Origin: Fistulifera solaris
Lineage: Eukaryota
Reading direction: 5' to 3'
NCBI GenBank assembly: GCA_030295235.1
Contig: AP026162.1
Coordinates: 1,054,001-1,118,000 of the forward strand
Length of the DNA stretch: 64,000 nucleotides
Shown here one piece after another: positions 40,544-53,998 of the stretch; the first letter of the stretch is position 1, and each line of letters opens with the position of its first letter. The notes under the pieces were generated by a model, which was not told where the DNA came from, did not search any database, and saw only the letters and a program-made list of their open reading frames with translations. The position numbers and the translations under genes are program-made.

Positions 40544-41319
40544 GGTGATAACAAAAGTGACTTTCTAATTACAAAATTGTTATTGTTCTTTTCATTTTCA
40601 TCGCGCTCTTTTTCTTTTTTTTTGCGGTGGGGGAGAAAATGAAGCGGAACGAAAAGGATGACGGTCGACGTAAGGTTACGACAAGATCGAGAATTGAGCA
40701 TGTTGCATGTTGCTGACGCCTGTGATGACGGCGGAAAAGTGAGCGAGTCAGTCGTCGATCGATACTCCCGACTCCCGATGAACAAGGAGAAATCTTGCTC
40801 CTGACGCCATCATCTGCCATTCCTTCGTGGATTAGTTTCGGTCCGTTCGACCATGAGAGGATTGAAGTAGATGAAACATTAAATCAAACTAACTCCAAAA
40901 GAAGTACGGTAGCAAGAGGGCTTTCATCGCGGATGCAAGAACTTAAAATCCTTGCAAAGTGCAAAGAAGAAAACGAAATGACTCATGACTCAATCCAGTC
41001 ATGACAAAGGTCGCCTTCACTTTGGGGCTATAGTAAATCAAAGTGTATAATAGTGATCTCGAAGGCTTTTTCTCGTATTTCTGCAATGACTCATGAAAAG
41101 AATCGTCGATGTGGTGATTAAATAGGTGCTGGCCGAGTTCGCTTTACGCGTCATTTTATTATTTGACGTCGAAGAGCCTTGCGAAACGTTGTCTTTTCTT
41201 ATTTACTACTGACCAGAGTGTTTTGTCCGTTTTCTCCACGACTGCACTTCAGTCATGAGTCAATATCCTTCCGAGCGACAGTGTTGCCTACAATTCCTTC
41301 GTTCAGCAAAATATCTTGG

Positions 41320-42785
41320 CCCTAGAATGATGAAACGACCCAAAGCACCGATTCCAGAATTTCTGGAACGTGCACAAATTGTCTGCGTGACGCGAAACAT
41401 CGATGATTCCAGTATTTCTGGAACTACCACAGAATTTCTGTTTGACACAAAACCTCGGATTCCAGAATTTCTGGAACGACCACTGAGTTTCTGTAATACT
41501 CAAAACATTAATTCCAGAATTTCTGGAATGTGCCTAGAATGATGATACGACCCAAAGCACCGATTCCAGAATTTCTGGAACGTGCACAAACTGTCTGCGT
41601 GACGCGAAACATCGATGATTCCAGTATTTCTGGAACTACCACAGAATTTCTGTTTGACACAAAAACCTCGGATTCCAGAATTTCTGGAACGACCACTGAG
41701 TTTCTGTAATACTCAAAACATTAATTTCAGAATTTCTGGAATGTGCCTAGTATGATGAAACGACCCAAAGCACCGATTCCAGAATTTCTGGAACGTGCAC
41801 AAACTGTCTGCGTGACGCGAAACATCGATGATTCCAGTATTTCTGGAACTACCACAGAATTTCTGTTTGACACAAAAACCTCGGATTCCAGAATTTCTGG
41901 AACGACCACTGAGTTTCTGTAATACTCAAAACATTAATTCCAGAATTTCTGGAATGTGCCTAGAATGATGATACGACCCAAAGCACCGATTCCAGAATTT
42001 CTGGAACGTGCACAAATTGTCTGCGTGACGCGAAACATCGATGATTCCAGTATTTCTGGAACTACCACAGAATTTCTGTTTGACACAAAAACCTCGGATT
42101 CCAGAATTTCTGGAACGACCACTGAGTTTCTGTAATACTCAAAACATTAATTCCAGAATTTCTGGAATGTGCCTAGAATGATGATACGACCCAAAGCACC
42201 TATTCCAGAATTTCTGGAACGTGCACAAACTGTCTGCGTGACGCGAAACATCGATGATTCCAGTATTTCTGGAACTACCACAGAATTTCTGTTTGACACA
42301 AAAACCACGGATTCCCGAATTTCTGGAACGACCACTGAGTTTCTGTAATACTCAAAACATTAATTCCAGAATTTCTGGAATGTGCCTAGAATGATGAAAC
42401 GACCCAAAGCACCGATTCCAGAATTTCTGGAACGTGCACAAACTGTCTGCGTGACGCGAAACATCGATGATTCCAGTATTTCTGGAACTACCACAGAATT
42501 TCTGTTTGACACAAAAACCTCGGATTCCAGAATTTCTGGAACGACCACTGAGTTTCTGTAATACTCAAAACATTAATTCCAGAATTTCTGGAATGTGCCT
42601 AGAATGATGATACGACCCAAAGCACCGATTCCAGAATTTCTGGAACGTGCACAAACTGTCTGCGTGACGCGAAACATCGATGATTCCAGTATTTCTGGAA
42701 CTACCACAGAATTTCTGTTTGACACAAAAACCCCGGATTCCAGAATTTCTGGAACGACCACAGAGTTTCTTTAATACTGAATACA
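41320..42785. repeat. 213-bp higher-order tandem repeat (~6.9 copies) of four ~53-bp palindrome-containing monomers
   Basis: Unit starts at 41508, 41721, 41934, 42147, 42360 and 42573. Each unit has four TTCCAG(A/T)ATTTCTGGAA dyads. Confidence 0.98.
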
Positions 42786-42978
42786 AAAATTTCAGAATAT
42801 TAACGAAAGTTTAGCGAATGCAATACGGAGTATTTAAGCACATTACAGTAACTGTAGATCAGAGTAACTGTAAGTTCTAGGTTCTAGTAGGCCACCGTGC
42901 GTTATGAGTGAGAAAACTTCAGATTACGGAGCCGTACTTAATTTCTTGACGTCATTCGAACATAGGCGTCACTCTTTT

Positions 42979-45900
42979 TCAGCCTTCTATTAAACAATCA
43001 AACTTCTTTTTGCTACCATTTTGATGCTCGGTTGCCGTACAGCTGGGCAAGTTCTTGATGTGGTCTGACTTGGTATCGACCACACTCCATTGTACGCCGT
43101 CGACACTTTCATTGCCCACAAGGAAATGCTTACAAAAGTCTTCCTTAGTCATTGTAAAATCAAAGTTCGATTCCAGTGCAGATAATGTCCGCAGCCAATC
43201 GCGATAAGCCGCTTCAACTGTTCGAAAGCCTATGAGCACTTGTCGTGAAGTGATATCCTCTTTAACTACCGCGAGATCTGGAACAAGCAAGAGGTCGCTG
43301 CAAGTAGATGGATCCGTTAACCCAACGTTATCGATCGCCACGATAATTTTCCTCCACTTGTTTCCGTCCAAAATCACATAATCGTCGACAGAGCTTAATG
43401 CATCGTCCAGTTTTGCAATTGTGAAACCACAACAGTTTACATAATTGAAAGCTCGCTCGACCGAGTCGAAGAAATAACTTTGCTCGTCAACGCATACTTC
43501 GATGAAAGCTTTCAAATTGTCAGTTTTTGACGTCTCCTTTTCGACAAAATCATCTTTATTCTTTTCGTCCTGCTCTTCGAATCTGTAAAAGATGCCGACT
43601 CCGAATAACAATTTACAATCTTATCGTCCTCGTTTTCCTGGCCTGCGTCAGATGCCGCATCCCTTGCCAGCGAATCAAAGAAAACAAGTCCCTTTTGCAA
43701 GTCATCGAGGAACACCCACCGATAGCCGAAAATAAGAATTTTCGGATCCTCCGAAGCCATCAGAATGAGCCGGCGGATCTTCATTGAATTATCGATATCG
43801 AATCTGTCCCACTCACACGGATAATTCAGATGCAAAAACAAGTTCATGACAGCAGCTATTGTCTGCATCGTAGCATACAGTTTTATCACCCGTCCTGTAT
43901 CAGGATCAAGGACGGCGACCGGACGGCCTTTCGTACCCGCAGAGGTAGCAACAATTTTATGTCGTACAGGAGGTCTCGTCGAAAGCGAGCTCGGGGCTGA
44001 GGCTTGTCGTTTCTGCTGTAACATCATCTCGTTACGTGACAATTCTTTTTGACTCTTTCAGACAGAAGGTGATCAAAGCTTTTTGAGCGGATACTAGTGG
44101 CACGTCTTTTCTGTACTTGCGCCATTCGATACACTGCACTACCCTCACGGTTAAAAATAAAACAGTTATGCCAAACAAGTTCTAGGTCCTCCAAGATTGC
44201 TATGAGAGGGTCTTCGACTGGCGTCGCTGAAGATTTGAAGCGAGCAAAGTAGACTCCATCTACGATGGACTTGGCTATGGTTCCAAGATCCATGGGATTC
44301 TTTACGATGGTAGGATAACTTGGAAACTGGATGACGTCCACTGGATCGCAAAATACTTTTCCAAAATCATAGTCCATCAAAGTCAGGAGCATTTCATATA
44401 TGATGCTGAAAATGTAAATTGGGATTGGATCATCTCCTTTGGATCCGCATTTGTCGAATGCTTTCATTGTCTGTTCCAGATGTTTGGATCCATCCATAAC
44501 ATCCTCTTGCATGCCACTTTTCTCGTTTCTGCAAGAAGGACATTCCCAAAGGTCGCTTGTCTCAATAGAATCGTCTGCTATACAAGCACGATGGAATGCC
44601 CGGGGGCAATAGTCACAACACAAGAGATTTCCCACGGCCATACAAACGTTGCAATAATCCACGCTTCCATCTTCGACGACTGTTTCGCTTCCATCATGAA
44701 CTGAATCATCCAACAAAACCGCTTTAGTCTGCGTGACGTCAGTGTCCTGGCTCACAAATGAACCGTCTTTTGTATAAACAGTTGCGTATATCACGTCTGA
44801 TCCTGGATCAATGTCAACGCCCTTGAAGACTTCTCGCGGAAATTCTGCAGATGGGACTTTCGGTACCGATGGACGCTCAGCAAGAGAGACTCGCCTTTTC
44901 CCTCTCCGCTTGTCCGTTTTTACAACCAACGTTCGTCTTCGATCTAAAATATCGTCAAAAACTACATTATCAATTGCCACTGCCTGTTTGTCGTGTTCAA
45001 AGCGAAACTGACGGCTCAATTTATGAAGTACACTGAAACATGACTTGCAATCGCAACACAACGTGCAAATGGGACAGTGTGGATTAGCATAGGAAGAATC
45101 TGTAGCGGATGGAAAGAAAGCTTTTAAATGGTCAAAGCACACCGCATGATTGCCAATGGAACAGGGCAAGCGACATTCCATCTTCTTGTCGCAAAGATGA
45201 CAGGAAGTGACCTCGGCCGCCATCGCAATGTCGGTACTAGTATTGCTATTCTGAGCAATCTCCGAGTTCGCCTTAACCTCAATTTCCAACGCTGCTTGAA
45301 GTCTTCGCTGAATCTCTTCGAAATATGTGGAATCCTCTATCTCACCGTCGCCATCGGAAAAAGACTCTCGTTTACGCTTTACTGGTGGTCTTCCACGATT
45401 GGCAATCTTTTCTGGTTGAGGAGCTCGTATTATGCCGGAAGGCTTACGACCCCGAGTTTTTTGCGTTGAATACCAGGCTCCGCCACGTTTTGCTCCGGTC
45501 ACTTCGCCATATAAACAGGGCACATAAGACGGAGGTTTCTCTTGATAGTATAATTCACTTTGAAGAGATATCGGGGGAGAAAAAGAGCAGTTGTAAACGA
45601 AGGCTCGCAATTGACTTTGAATTGACTCCGAAAGCTGGTGCATTTCCTTGAACGACAGACCAAAGTTCTGAGCCACTTCTGCCGCGAATTGTAGAGGAGT
45701 TGATGTACTGTCATCACCGAGATCCCATGTAATAGTTTCTTTGTGAACGGCATCTTTCCCAGATCCGCCAAGCGGAAACTCAACTACGACGTTCGCTTTC
45801 AACTTTGGTTCGGTCAGATTATGATTAGTGTCGGTGGGTTCGACATCACACAAAAGTGCGCCCGAGCTTTCGTCACGCAATTCAGCCCCCAGTCGCCCCC

Positions 45901-46441
45901 TATGATACATGTAGGTATCCAAGATTTTTCCGTCGTCAAATAGGCCTGCAAATGTGACATTATTCCCCGTTTCGTCGAAATATCCTTTAGACTCAGTTTC
46001 AGTAACTTTGGTCGTACACGTAGATTGCTTATCCACTTCCTCCTCTTGATCGTTTGCGGCTGCGTCTAGAGATAGACGTTCGCCTTCCAGCGATCGCACA
46101 TCACTGTCAGGATCAATCGACGACGATCTAGAGATACTTGACAACTGCCGTCGTCTCTTTCTCCCCCGTCGGCCCAGAGAAGTCCTTGCATTATTTTTCC
46201 TTGCTTTCTGAAAAGAAAGAAACAAAGGCTGAGAGAAGCGATCGGCTGCAAGCAAGGAAAGCGTATTGAATTGACATACCTGATGTGGAGGTAAAAGGTC
46301 AGCGATATCGCCGCCCGCAGTCCAGCCAAACTTCGAAGGATCTAAAAGAGCACGGTTGATAGAAGATTCAACGCACTTTCCTCCACGGCGGGCGCTAGAG
46401 GAACTTTCCGTCTTCTCACCAAGGTTCATCATAGAGCTCAT
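42979..46441 (-). CDS. Chromatin protein: SNF5-like repeat + Cys-rich finger + PHD + bromodomain + NUMOD1-like; frameshifts ~44045 and ~43605
   Basis: PHD YCNVCMAVGNLLCCDYCPRAFHRAC..WECPSC, bromodomain FCDPVD..YPTIVKNPMDLGTI..VWHNCFIFN, and SNF5-like ETITWDL..TPLQFAAEVAQNFGL. Confidence 0.8.
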
Positions 46442-47045
46442 GCTTGTGGTGGCATTAAATCAAATCAAACAGCGGGGTCGATTTGATTGAAGATTGATTA
46501 TTCATTCGGGAGAAGGCCGCGCTGGTGGCTTTCATGGTCGCAGAGAGTTTGGAGCGGCGAGCGGAGAGGGGAAGGAACAGCCGCTTGTACTTTATAACCG
46601 ACACAAATCGATGTTGATATCTCTGAAGGCTAAACAACGAAAGCCGATACGACAGCAGAAATCTTTGCTGCTGCTCTGGCTATTTAGTCACGCACAAACT
46701 GGTCACGGATTACAAGGATGACATTACTTCGGTCGACTTTGCTGTGACCACCACGACGTTATTCTTTACATCAAACTTTTCATCTGCTCCTTATTGAAAA
46801 GGTTTGTTAATTTCATGAAAGATAGCCGTGGATATCTGTAAAATCAATCGAGCGGAGTGAAACATATGGGTTTTATCGATTTTCTGAAACGAGCCGCATG
46901 TTCTCGTTTCTCGTTCGCCTCCCAAACCAGAGGAATTTAGAATTCAAAAATCTCAAAAATTCATTTCTTTACCGGCCTAGAGCTCTATAGCTTGAGACCT
47001 AGAAGCATGCCAGCTAAAATAAAGTCTGTCTAAGATCAGCCCTGT

Positions 47046-50000
47046 CTATTTATTTAACTTTTCTATCAGTTGTCGAAGGCGGTCGCTAGGAACCCAATTC
47101 CCAGCTGAAGCAATCTCTGTTGATGTTCGTTTTGCCTTGTTGTAAACGTTGTGAATCACTCGGTCTGGGTGCAAATTGGGAAATAGTTGCTTCTCCATTT
47201 CCTTCAATTCAAGCGATGCATGCGCCAGAATCTCGGAAGAACTGGCGTTTCCCCATGGAAGCCATCCGTCGCCACCATCTTTTTCAGCTGAACTCGAATT
47301 CGTTCGGTGTCGCACCCCTCAGCTTGCCCAAGGACGCCCTTTCCGACAATCTCGAACCACTGCAGCGCTTTTTTGATGTACTTTGAAGCCACACTGGTTC
47401 TCAGATCTTCTGCATCAGAACGGAGACCAAATGCTGTACAGGATTCCATGACGGTCACGTCGTCGTTTTTCTTGAAGCACAGCCTTGAAATGTTATGCAA
47501 GCAGTAATAGATCGATGCAACAACATCCTCGTCAACTAAAGGCTCGACAAAGCATTCATTCAAAATGAGAGGTAAGACACGAATAAGCGGGCAAAGAACT
47601 TCCCAGTTTATAGCCTCATGGCCAACTTCTTTGCGTTCTCGCCTGAGAATAGAACTGATAAGCAACAAGGCACCTTGTCGGCTTTCTCTCTTATTACGTT
47701 TTGCAATGACCGCTAGCGTTTCTATAGCGTAATGCTTGAGCTTAGCATATTCTTTTCCAGCTTCGGATCGATTGGATAATTGTTGAGCAAGTTTTCCCAG
47801 TAGCAGCCAAGACGGTGGGTCATCTTAGATTCAATATGCATCGAGGACGAAAGAAACGAAGCTTTGAAAAACAATCGACAAATGCCCTTCGAAGTGTTTT
47901 TGAATCCTTCACAGCAAATGATAAAATTGTGTCAACCACCTGCATGGCGCGGCCTTCGAAGACGAACATGGGCATTAGTAATTCTCTTGAGTAGTTGATG
48001 AGATTGTTAGAAAGAATCTTATGATACTCTCCAAAAGCATCAATATCAGTGCACTTCGGGAAACTTAGAGGTGGCGTCCCTAAGAACTTCGAAATACTTG
48101 TGTAGGTTTTCTCAATAAATGTGTAGATCAACCCTGTTTCGCTGCCAAGTATTGGCACAGTGAAATCCATGCAAACTATAGTCCATACCTCTCGAAAGTG
48201 GACACTTGGAACATGGCTTCCTTCTCTAAAAATCCACCCAAGGATGGATGCAAAGAATTCGGACTGACAGCGAAACAGTTCCGTCAGCCTGAATTTTGCG
48301 TGGGACAGTTCTGAGCTACCATGAGATGCGACTTCTTCTACGCGGACAAGATGCAGTACTCGCAACAGCCCCTCGCAACTGCGTGCAATGATCTCGGCGC
48401 ACAAAACACTGAAGATCCTGCTCTCTTGATTTTCAATCTGCCGATAAGTCGTAATGACACCACGTAAACACTGAAATCGGCAGAAGTACTCTTTCTCAAG
48501 TGAGGATGGCAGTTCAACGACTGCCTGATCACCACGGTCCCATTCCGCATCCAAAAGAATTTTCCCCATTTGATTGCAAAGAGAAGCACTCTCCGCACTT
48601 GATTCCAACATTGATTTTCCCAGCTCACGACAAAAAGCCCAAATAGATGAAGCTCTTCTTGACACTGAGTTACCACTGCTAAATTTCAAAAAGTCGTCGA
48701 CGACTTTCCGTTTGAGAGCGTCATTTCCGTTGTCAGGGAGCCGGTCAAAGTTGCATGATGGCACATTCTGTAGGTAGTTGATATCCAGCAGCGATTCTAT
48801 CAAAACAGTAATCATGACAGACACAGAGGATCTGATTAAGGAACGTGTTTTGGATGATGGAACGGCGTGGCATAAGCTGCGGCAGCAGTTCAGCAAGACT
48901 TTCCTCCGAAATTCCTCATCATCTGCATTACTCGATACCTGGAGTTGCACAAGCCCAGCCAGCGAGGAAGAGAGTACGTTATAGTCTGAAACCAGAATAG
49001 AAATGAGTGTCATAGTCATGGGTTTGACGCTTCGAGAGAGAAGAACTCTCCCTTGGGCACTAGTCCGAGAGGCATGTTCGTCTGAAGTGGAAATTTGGTA
49101 TCGAAGCGAAGGTAATGCAGACCGCAAGCTTTCCGACAGAGTGAAAAGAAGCTGCTGTAAGCTTTGGCAAATCCCGCTGGACCCCTTTCCTCCCGAGGAG
49201 CATTCTTCCATAGAATCCATCATGCCTAGCAGTTCATCATCATTCAGATCCCCCCACATTTCGTCTTCCATCTGGTTTTGAGGTCGAGAAGCCTCCTCCA
49301 AGGTTACGGATGATACAATAGTTCGTGGCGAAAGAGGTTCCGTCCTCTCACGTTCCGTTTCGTGAAAGAAAAGGGACATTCGTAATAACGAAAGAACAGA
49401 GACCAAGCAGTGACCTTCTGCAATCCCACAAAAGACGCCCTTAAAAGAAAGTCGACGGTTTTAATGCTTGCACGCACACATCCACCGACCAACACATCGA
49501 CAAGAGAATCGACAGATCGACTGCCACGTAAAAGGTTGACGATACTCTTAGCCATGTCTGCTATCGAAAATGTAACTTCACAGCATCCCAGACTTGAAGA
49601 AACTTCAAGACATCTCAGTATGCCAGCTACGATGTAACAGATAGTTTCTTGATCTTCCACGTGGTCAGGAACCTTTAGTGCTGTCGCTGCATTTCCCGTC
49701 GAAGGAATGATCCCCAAAGCCGATGGCAGAAGGAAATACAGAACTCTAGCCATAACATAGGGTCGAAGAATGTCGTAAGACGAAGAAATAGATTTCTCAA
49801 ACGTTTCATCGAGGGGTCCCAGTTCCTCTTTCCCCAGGATCTCCCAAGATTTATCGACAAGTTGTATCAGTGACCTCTTCTCTCGATTCGTCCATTCTGC
49901 AACAGAAGTAGTAAGTTCAGCCACGATTAATGAATAGACAGCGCATTCTTGCAGAAACAGAGTTTTTCTAGATTGCGGAAGCCCTCCTTTGCACATCAGG

Positions 50001-53000
50001 ATGGAGTCATCTGGAAATGCATTTTGAAAAGCGTCGCGGCTTTTCTGATCACCACTCTTCTCGGAGAGTGAACTTTTGCTCTCTTTTTGAAAATAATTGA
50101 CAAGCTTCCGAAATTCTCGATCGCAATCATGTAGCCTTGCATTGCTTTCACGTTGAGCACTCTCCATCCAAGAAAACTGTAGCTTAAGGCATGTATGCAA
50201 CAAAACCGAAGATGGCCCAGCGGAAAACGTCGAAGATTCAGTGTGCCTTGTTGCCGCAAGTAAGTGCTCCAAGAAGTCAGTGTATTCGATTGCCGAAAAA
50301 GTCGAGACACTACCAGAGGGCAATTCACTCCACGATTCCAGCGATGAGAGTTCTCGCTTCAGCGCGTTCCTGTCATCTTTCATAACAGGTAATTGAGCTT
50401 CTCGCAGTTCCTCATTGTGCCATATTGCATCGGCTTGGAGCAGTACAGCTTTCCTGATAATATCCAAAACGACAGAATCCTTTCTTGGCAACGGTGTCAA
50501 CGCACCCGAGGATAAAATCGAGGAGAATGTGTTAACGTCCATTTCCACGGCTTGCAAGTGGCTTTCTGATGGTACACCCGATGAAATTGAAAAGCGAAGT
50601 ACTCCGCTAGAAAATATATCATGGATGGTCTTCCATCGTCCGCGACTTCCTTTCTCTGGTAACACAGGTTTCGATGTCGCCAAGTACACAAATACGCGCC
50701 ACAAAGTCTCTATTTCATTTCGTGGTATGCAAGGATTTCTGCCGATTTCCTGATATCGGCTTTTTTCAACAGGTTCGACGTAAACTGCTTGTTCAAGGTA
50801 GAGCTTCCACGATGCAGGGTCGATGGAGGACACAAACAAGACGCGCCGAGAGGAAATAAGGCGCCAAATCTGTCTCCCAAGCTTCGTTTCTATTAGACAA
50901 CATGCATTTTCAATCAAAGCGAGTTGCTCTCCCAAAGCATCACGAAGTGGAGAGAAAAATTGAAGGATTTGTTTTCGGTTCGAGACTTGCAGGGCCCAAG
51001 CATCAGGATGTAACAGAGCGTACAGAGCATCAAGCAATTGAAGAAAGAGAAACTCGACGAACTTGGAATCTGACTTTCCAAAAAGCTCATAAGCTATTCC
51101 ATGTTGAGCCGTAAGATTGCAGTGGAGATTCCTTTTAAAAAGTCCCAGGATAAAGACGTACAGTGCGACGTAAGAACTTAGTTGAGAACTTTGTTGTGAC
51201 ACCAGTTCTTGGAGCGTCACGGAACCCTTGCTCGTCATCAAGTTAACGGCGCAAATAAAAAGTGGTGGCGAGTGCTCTGGTCCGCTAGATGTAGTAGAGA
51301 CGAATAGCAGCTCCTTCAAAAGAGAACAACATCCAGGATTTGGGAAAACTTTTTTCAAGTCATCGCAGACGTCAGTAAGCGTCCGCGAGCGTGCAACAGA
51401 TGGTTCGAAATGGTCCATGCCAAGGTCGGTTTCCGGAGCTTTCTGCCTATGCAGCCCTTGCAGTAGGTACTGCGACAAGAATTCTTTATCCATTTGGGGT
51501 ATGGTTGCACAATCATCAGTGTTGTTGTTCCTCCCTATGCTAGGATCTTGATCTAGATTTTCATGATTGAGAGAAGAGGCCCTATCTGCCAAGCGTTTCT
51601 TTCTTCGCATTGACGGACGGCTTTTTCTAGATACTCGATAAGGCTTAGACTCTCCTTCTTCACTATCAAAGTCAATCATACTCTCCATTTCATTGGCATT
51701 CTCCGACGAAAGATAACGCTCCAATCGTTCCACCGCAGGTACAGACTGCCGTCGAGATTTAAACCCTTTGCTCGCTTTTGTTTTGTAAGTTCCTTTTCTT
51801 AAATTCGGCGATGACTTGTTGATACCAAGGTGCAACGTGCCCGAGTCGTTTTGGTTTTCTTTCCCATCATGGCGAACCTCGGAGACTTTCTTTGTAGCCA
51901 ATCCTTGGGTCTTTCTCCGAGGGTGAGCTTTAGACAATTTTATTCCAGTATCTTTTCGTGAAGCCCTATATTTCGATTTGAGTGACGTTCTTGCATTACG
52001 CTTCTCCCTTGCATGTGGATGTAGATCGATCGATGAAGTACTGCTACTGCTTTCATATGAAAGAAGCCTGTCGACACTTTCTTGGTTCAGAGCTCTTTGG
52101 GGGGATTCTGTCGGCTCAGCCCATCCATCATCGCTGTCCACATCCTCATCACCATCGCACTCGATCTCATCTAATGACCTCAACAAAGCTCGCAATTCTT
52201 TCATAACGTCGTTTATTTCTTTCTGTAGTTGGCCGTAACGAAGCTCGCGGCTTTCATGCTGAAGATCAGGCTTGACCTTCATTCTCTTCAAAGCACGATC
52301 ACATTGATCAACACCATTTCGGATGAGATCGCTCATCAATTCATCGTTTAGCTTCACACTAGAGAATTCAATTAGGTCACTACCGTGAGTCATGCAACAA
52401 GCCTAAGCACCACTTACCATGTTTCACGGAGAACAAGTACTGACTCGGCAGTCTTGCTGTCCCTGTCGAACTGTCTCACCAACTTCCTAACATTTTCCTC
52501 AGCCCGTGGCAATATCTTCTCAAGAGAGTCCACCAGTGTCGTAAAAAAGGGACCTAATTCCTCAAGTTTGAGTGTTGCCGTTCGATCGACCGTATCGTGA
52601 GGCATACAGTTTGCATCGCCTTCGGGTTGTATAAAGTCTTGTAGCGTCGAATCAAGCACCTCATCGTCATCGCTTTCAAGATTTGCACCAACTGCTTCGG
52701 CTTCACTACTGTATTCATCATTAAACATGACTGGGTCCACATCACTTCGCTCTACTGAAAAGTCCGGCGAGCCTGGGGGCGACACCGATTTGGAAGGAGA
52801 TGGCTTGGGAGAAACAATGAGCTCAAGTTCAGATTCGCTAGTAGTGTCCTCAACAACGAGGCGATGCTTTGTACGCTGCTGTCGACGAGCTTTTTCATGC
52901 CTCCTTCGATGGTTCGCTCGCATTGGTGACAGTTGAGAGAGCAGTTCTTGCCGAACAAGCTGGCGCAAAGGAATATTGTCAATGTCGCTACCACTTTCTT

Positions 53001-53580
53001 CCGACTCTTCGGCGGATTCTGAAGAATCCATTCGGTTGTCCAAGATTCTTTGCGCCTTTCTTTTCAGATGCATGTATTGACGATAGCGGCGCTGTTGCCT
53101 TTCAAGTTCCCCGTCCGAGCTACTCGACGAGCTCTCCGAATCCAGTTCAAAGTCCATTTCATCGGGTTGATCTGCGCCTTCTAAAACTGATCTTGTATTT
53201 AGTAGCCTGTTCGTTGCCCGTGTTGATTGTCGATTGCGCATACTTTGATTACCAAGAAAGGCCTGGTCCAACGACAAGTCACAGGACCCACAATCATTCC
53301 GCAATGAGCCGCAACGGGTACATCGACCTTTCAGTAAGCCGCGATCTCTCAATCTCTCCGACGGAATACTGTAAGGTTTGACATATTTGATTGGGATCTC
53401 TTTTTCGTGGCGTCTTCCCACCAAATATCGAACGCTGACACGATCTTCCGCAACACCGGTAACTTGTCCGATTCCTCCAGGTTGATTTATGCCGGGCCAT
53501 GTGCGGCTTTCAACGTCAACGTAATCGCCCTCGACGAAAGGATTCCTCTTTGCAGATGTCGCATCAATTTGCGATGTCAT
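47046..53580 (-). CDS. Very large (~2100 aa) hypothetical protein, Tudor-like N-terminus and helical C-terminal part; intron 52359-52417, several frame breaks
   Basis: A GTAAGT...CTAG intron with a CTAAT branch site joins the 388-aa and 1029-aa ORFs in frame (RET-C-VKLNDE). Further ORFs continue to 47046. Confidence 0.65.
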
Positions 53581-53998
53581 TGGTCTAATAGCATAAAGCT
53601 TGCAGACAAATCGTCAGGGGGTATATACTTTATGATCAATGACAATGACAACGTCCTTGAATGACAAATGCACTCATTCAAATAATAATATTGCATGTTG
53701 CATACCAGTAATATCCGGGTACCCCTTGCGAATATCCCTATGTTTTAGAACAGAATATCCGTCTGATCAAAAAAAATAATACTTACTATAGTCAAAAGAG
53801 TAAGTCAACTTTTCCACGACTGCATTTCAATCATGAATCAGTATTCTTTCCAACGACATACCGGTACCTGGTAGACCCCTCTTTTGGATTGACACTGATG
53901 CAAATGCTCGCAGTCAAGGTGCAATCAACTTCTGTATCGAACCATCATAGATATGAGACAATAAACTGCAAAGTAATGTGGAATCACTGCTAACTTAT

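Noticed and set aside
41320..42785. CRISPR array (palindromic repeats with 35-38-nt spacers)
   Set aside because: Spacers recur every fourth position and two are mutually homologous, the repeat is only 17 bp, there are no cas genes, and the context is eukaryotic.
41255..42786. Repeated 60-73-aa ORFs (MVVPEILES...)
   Set aside because: By-products of the 213-bp (3n) repeat, with mostly non-ATG starts and no protein features.
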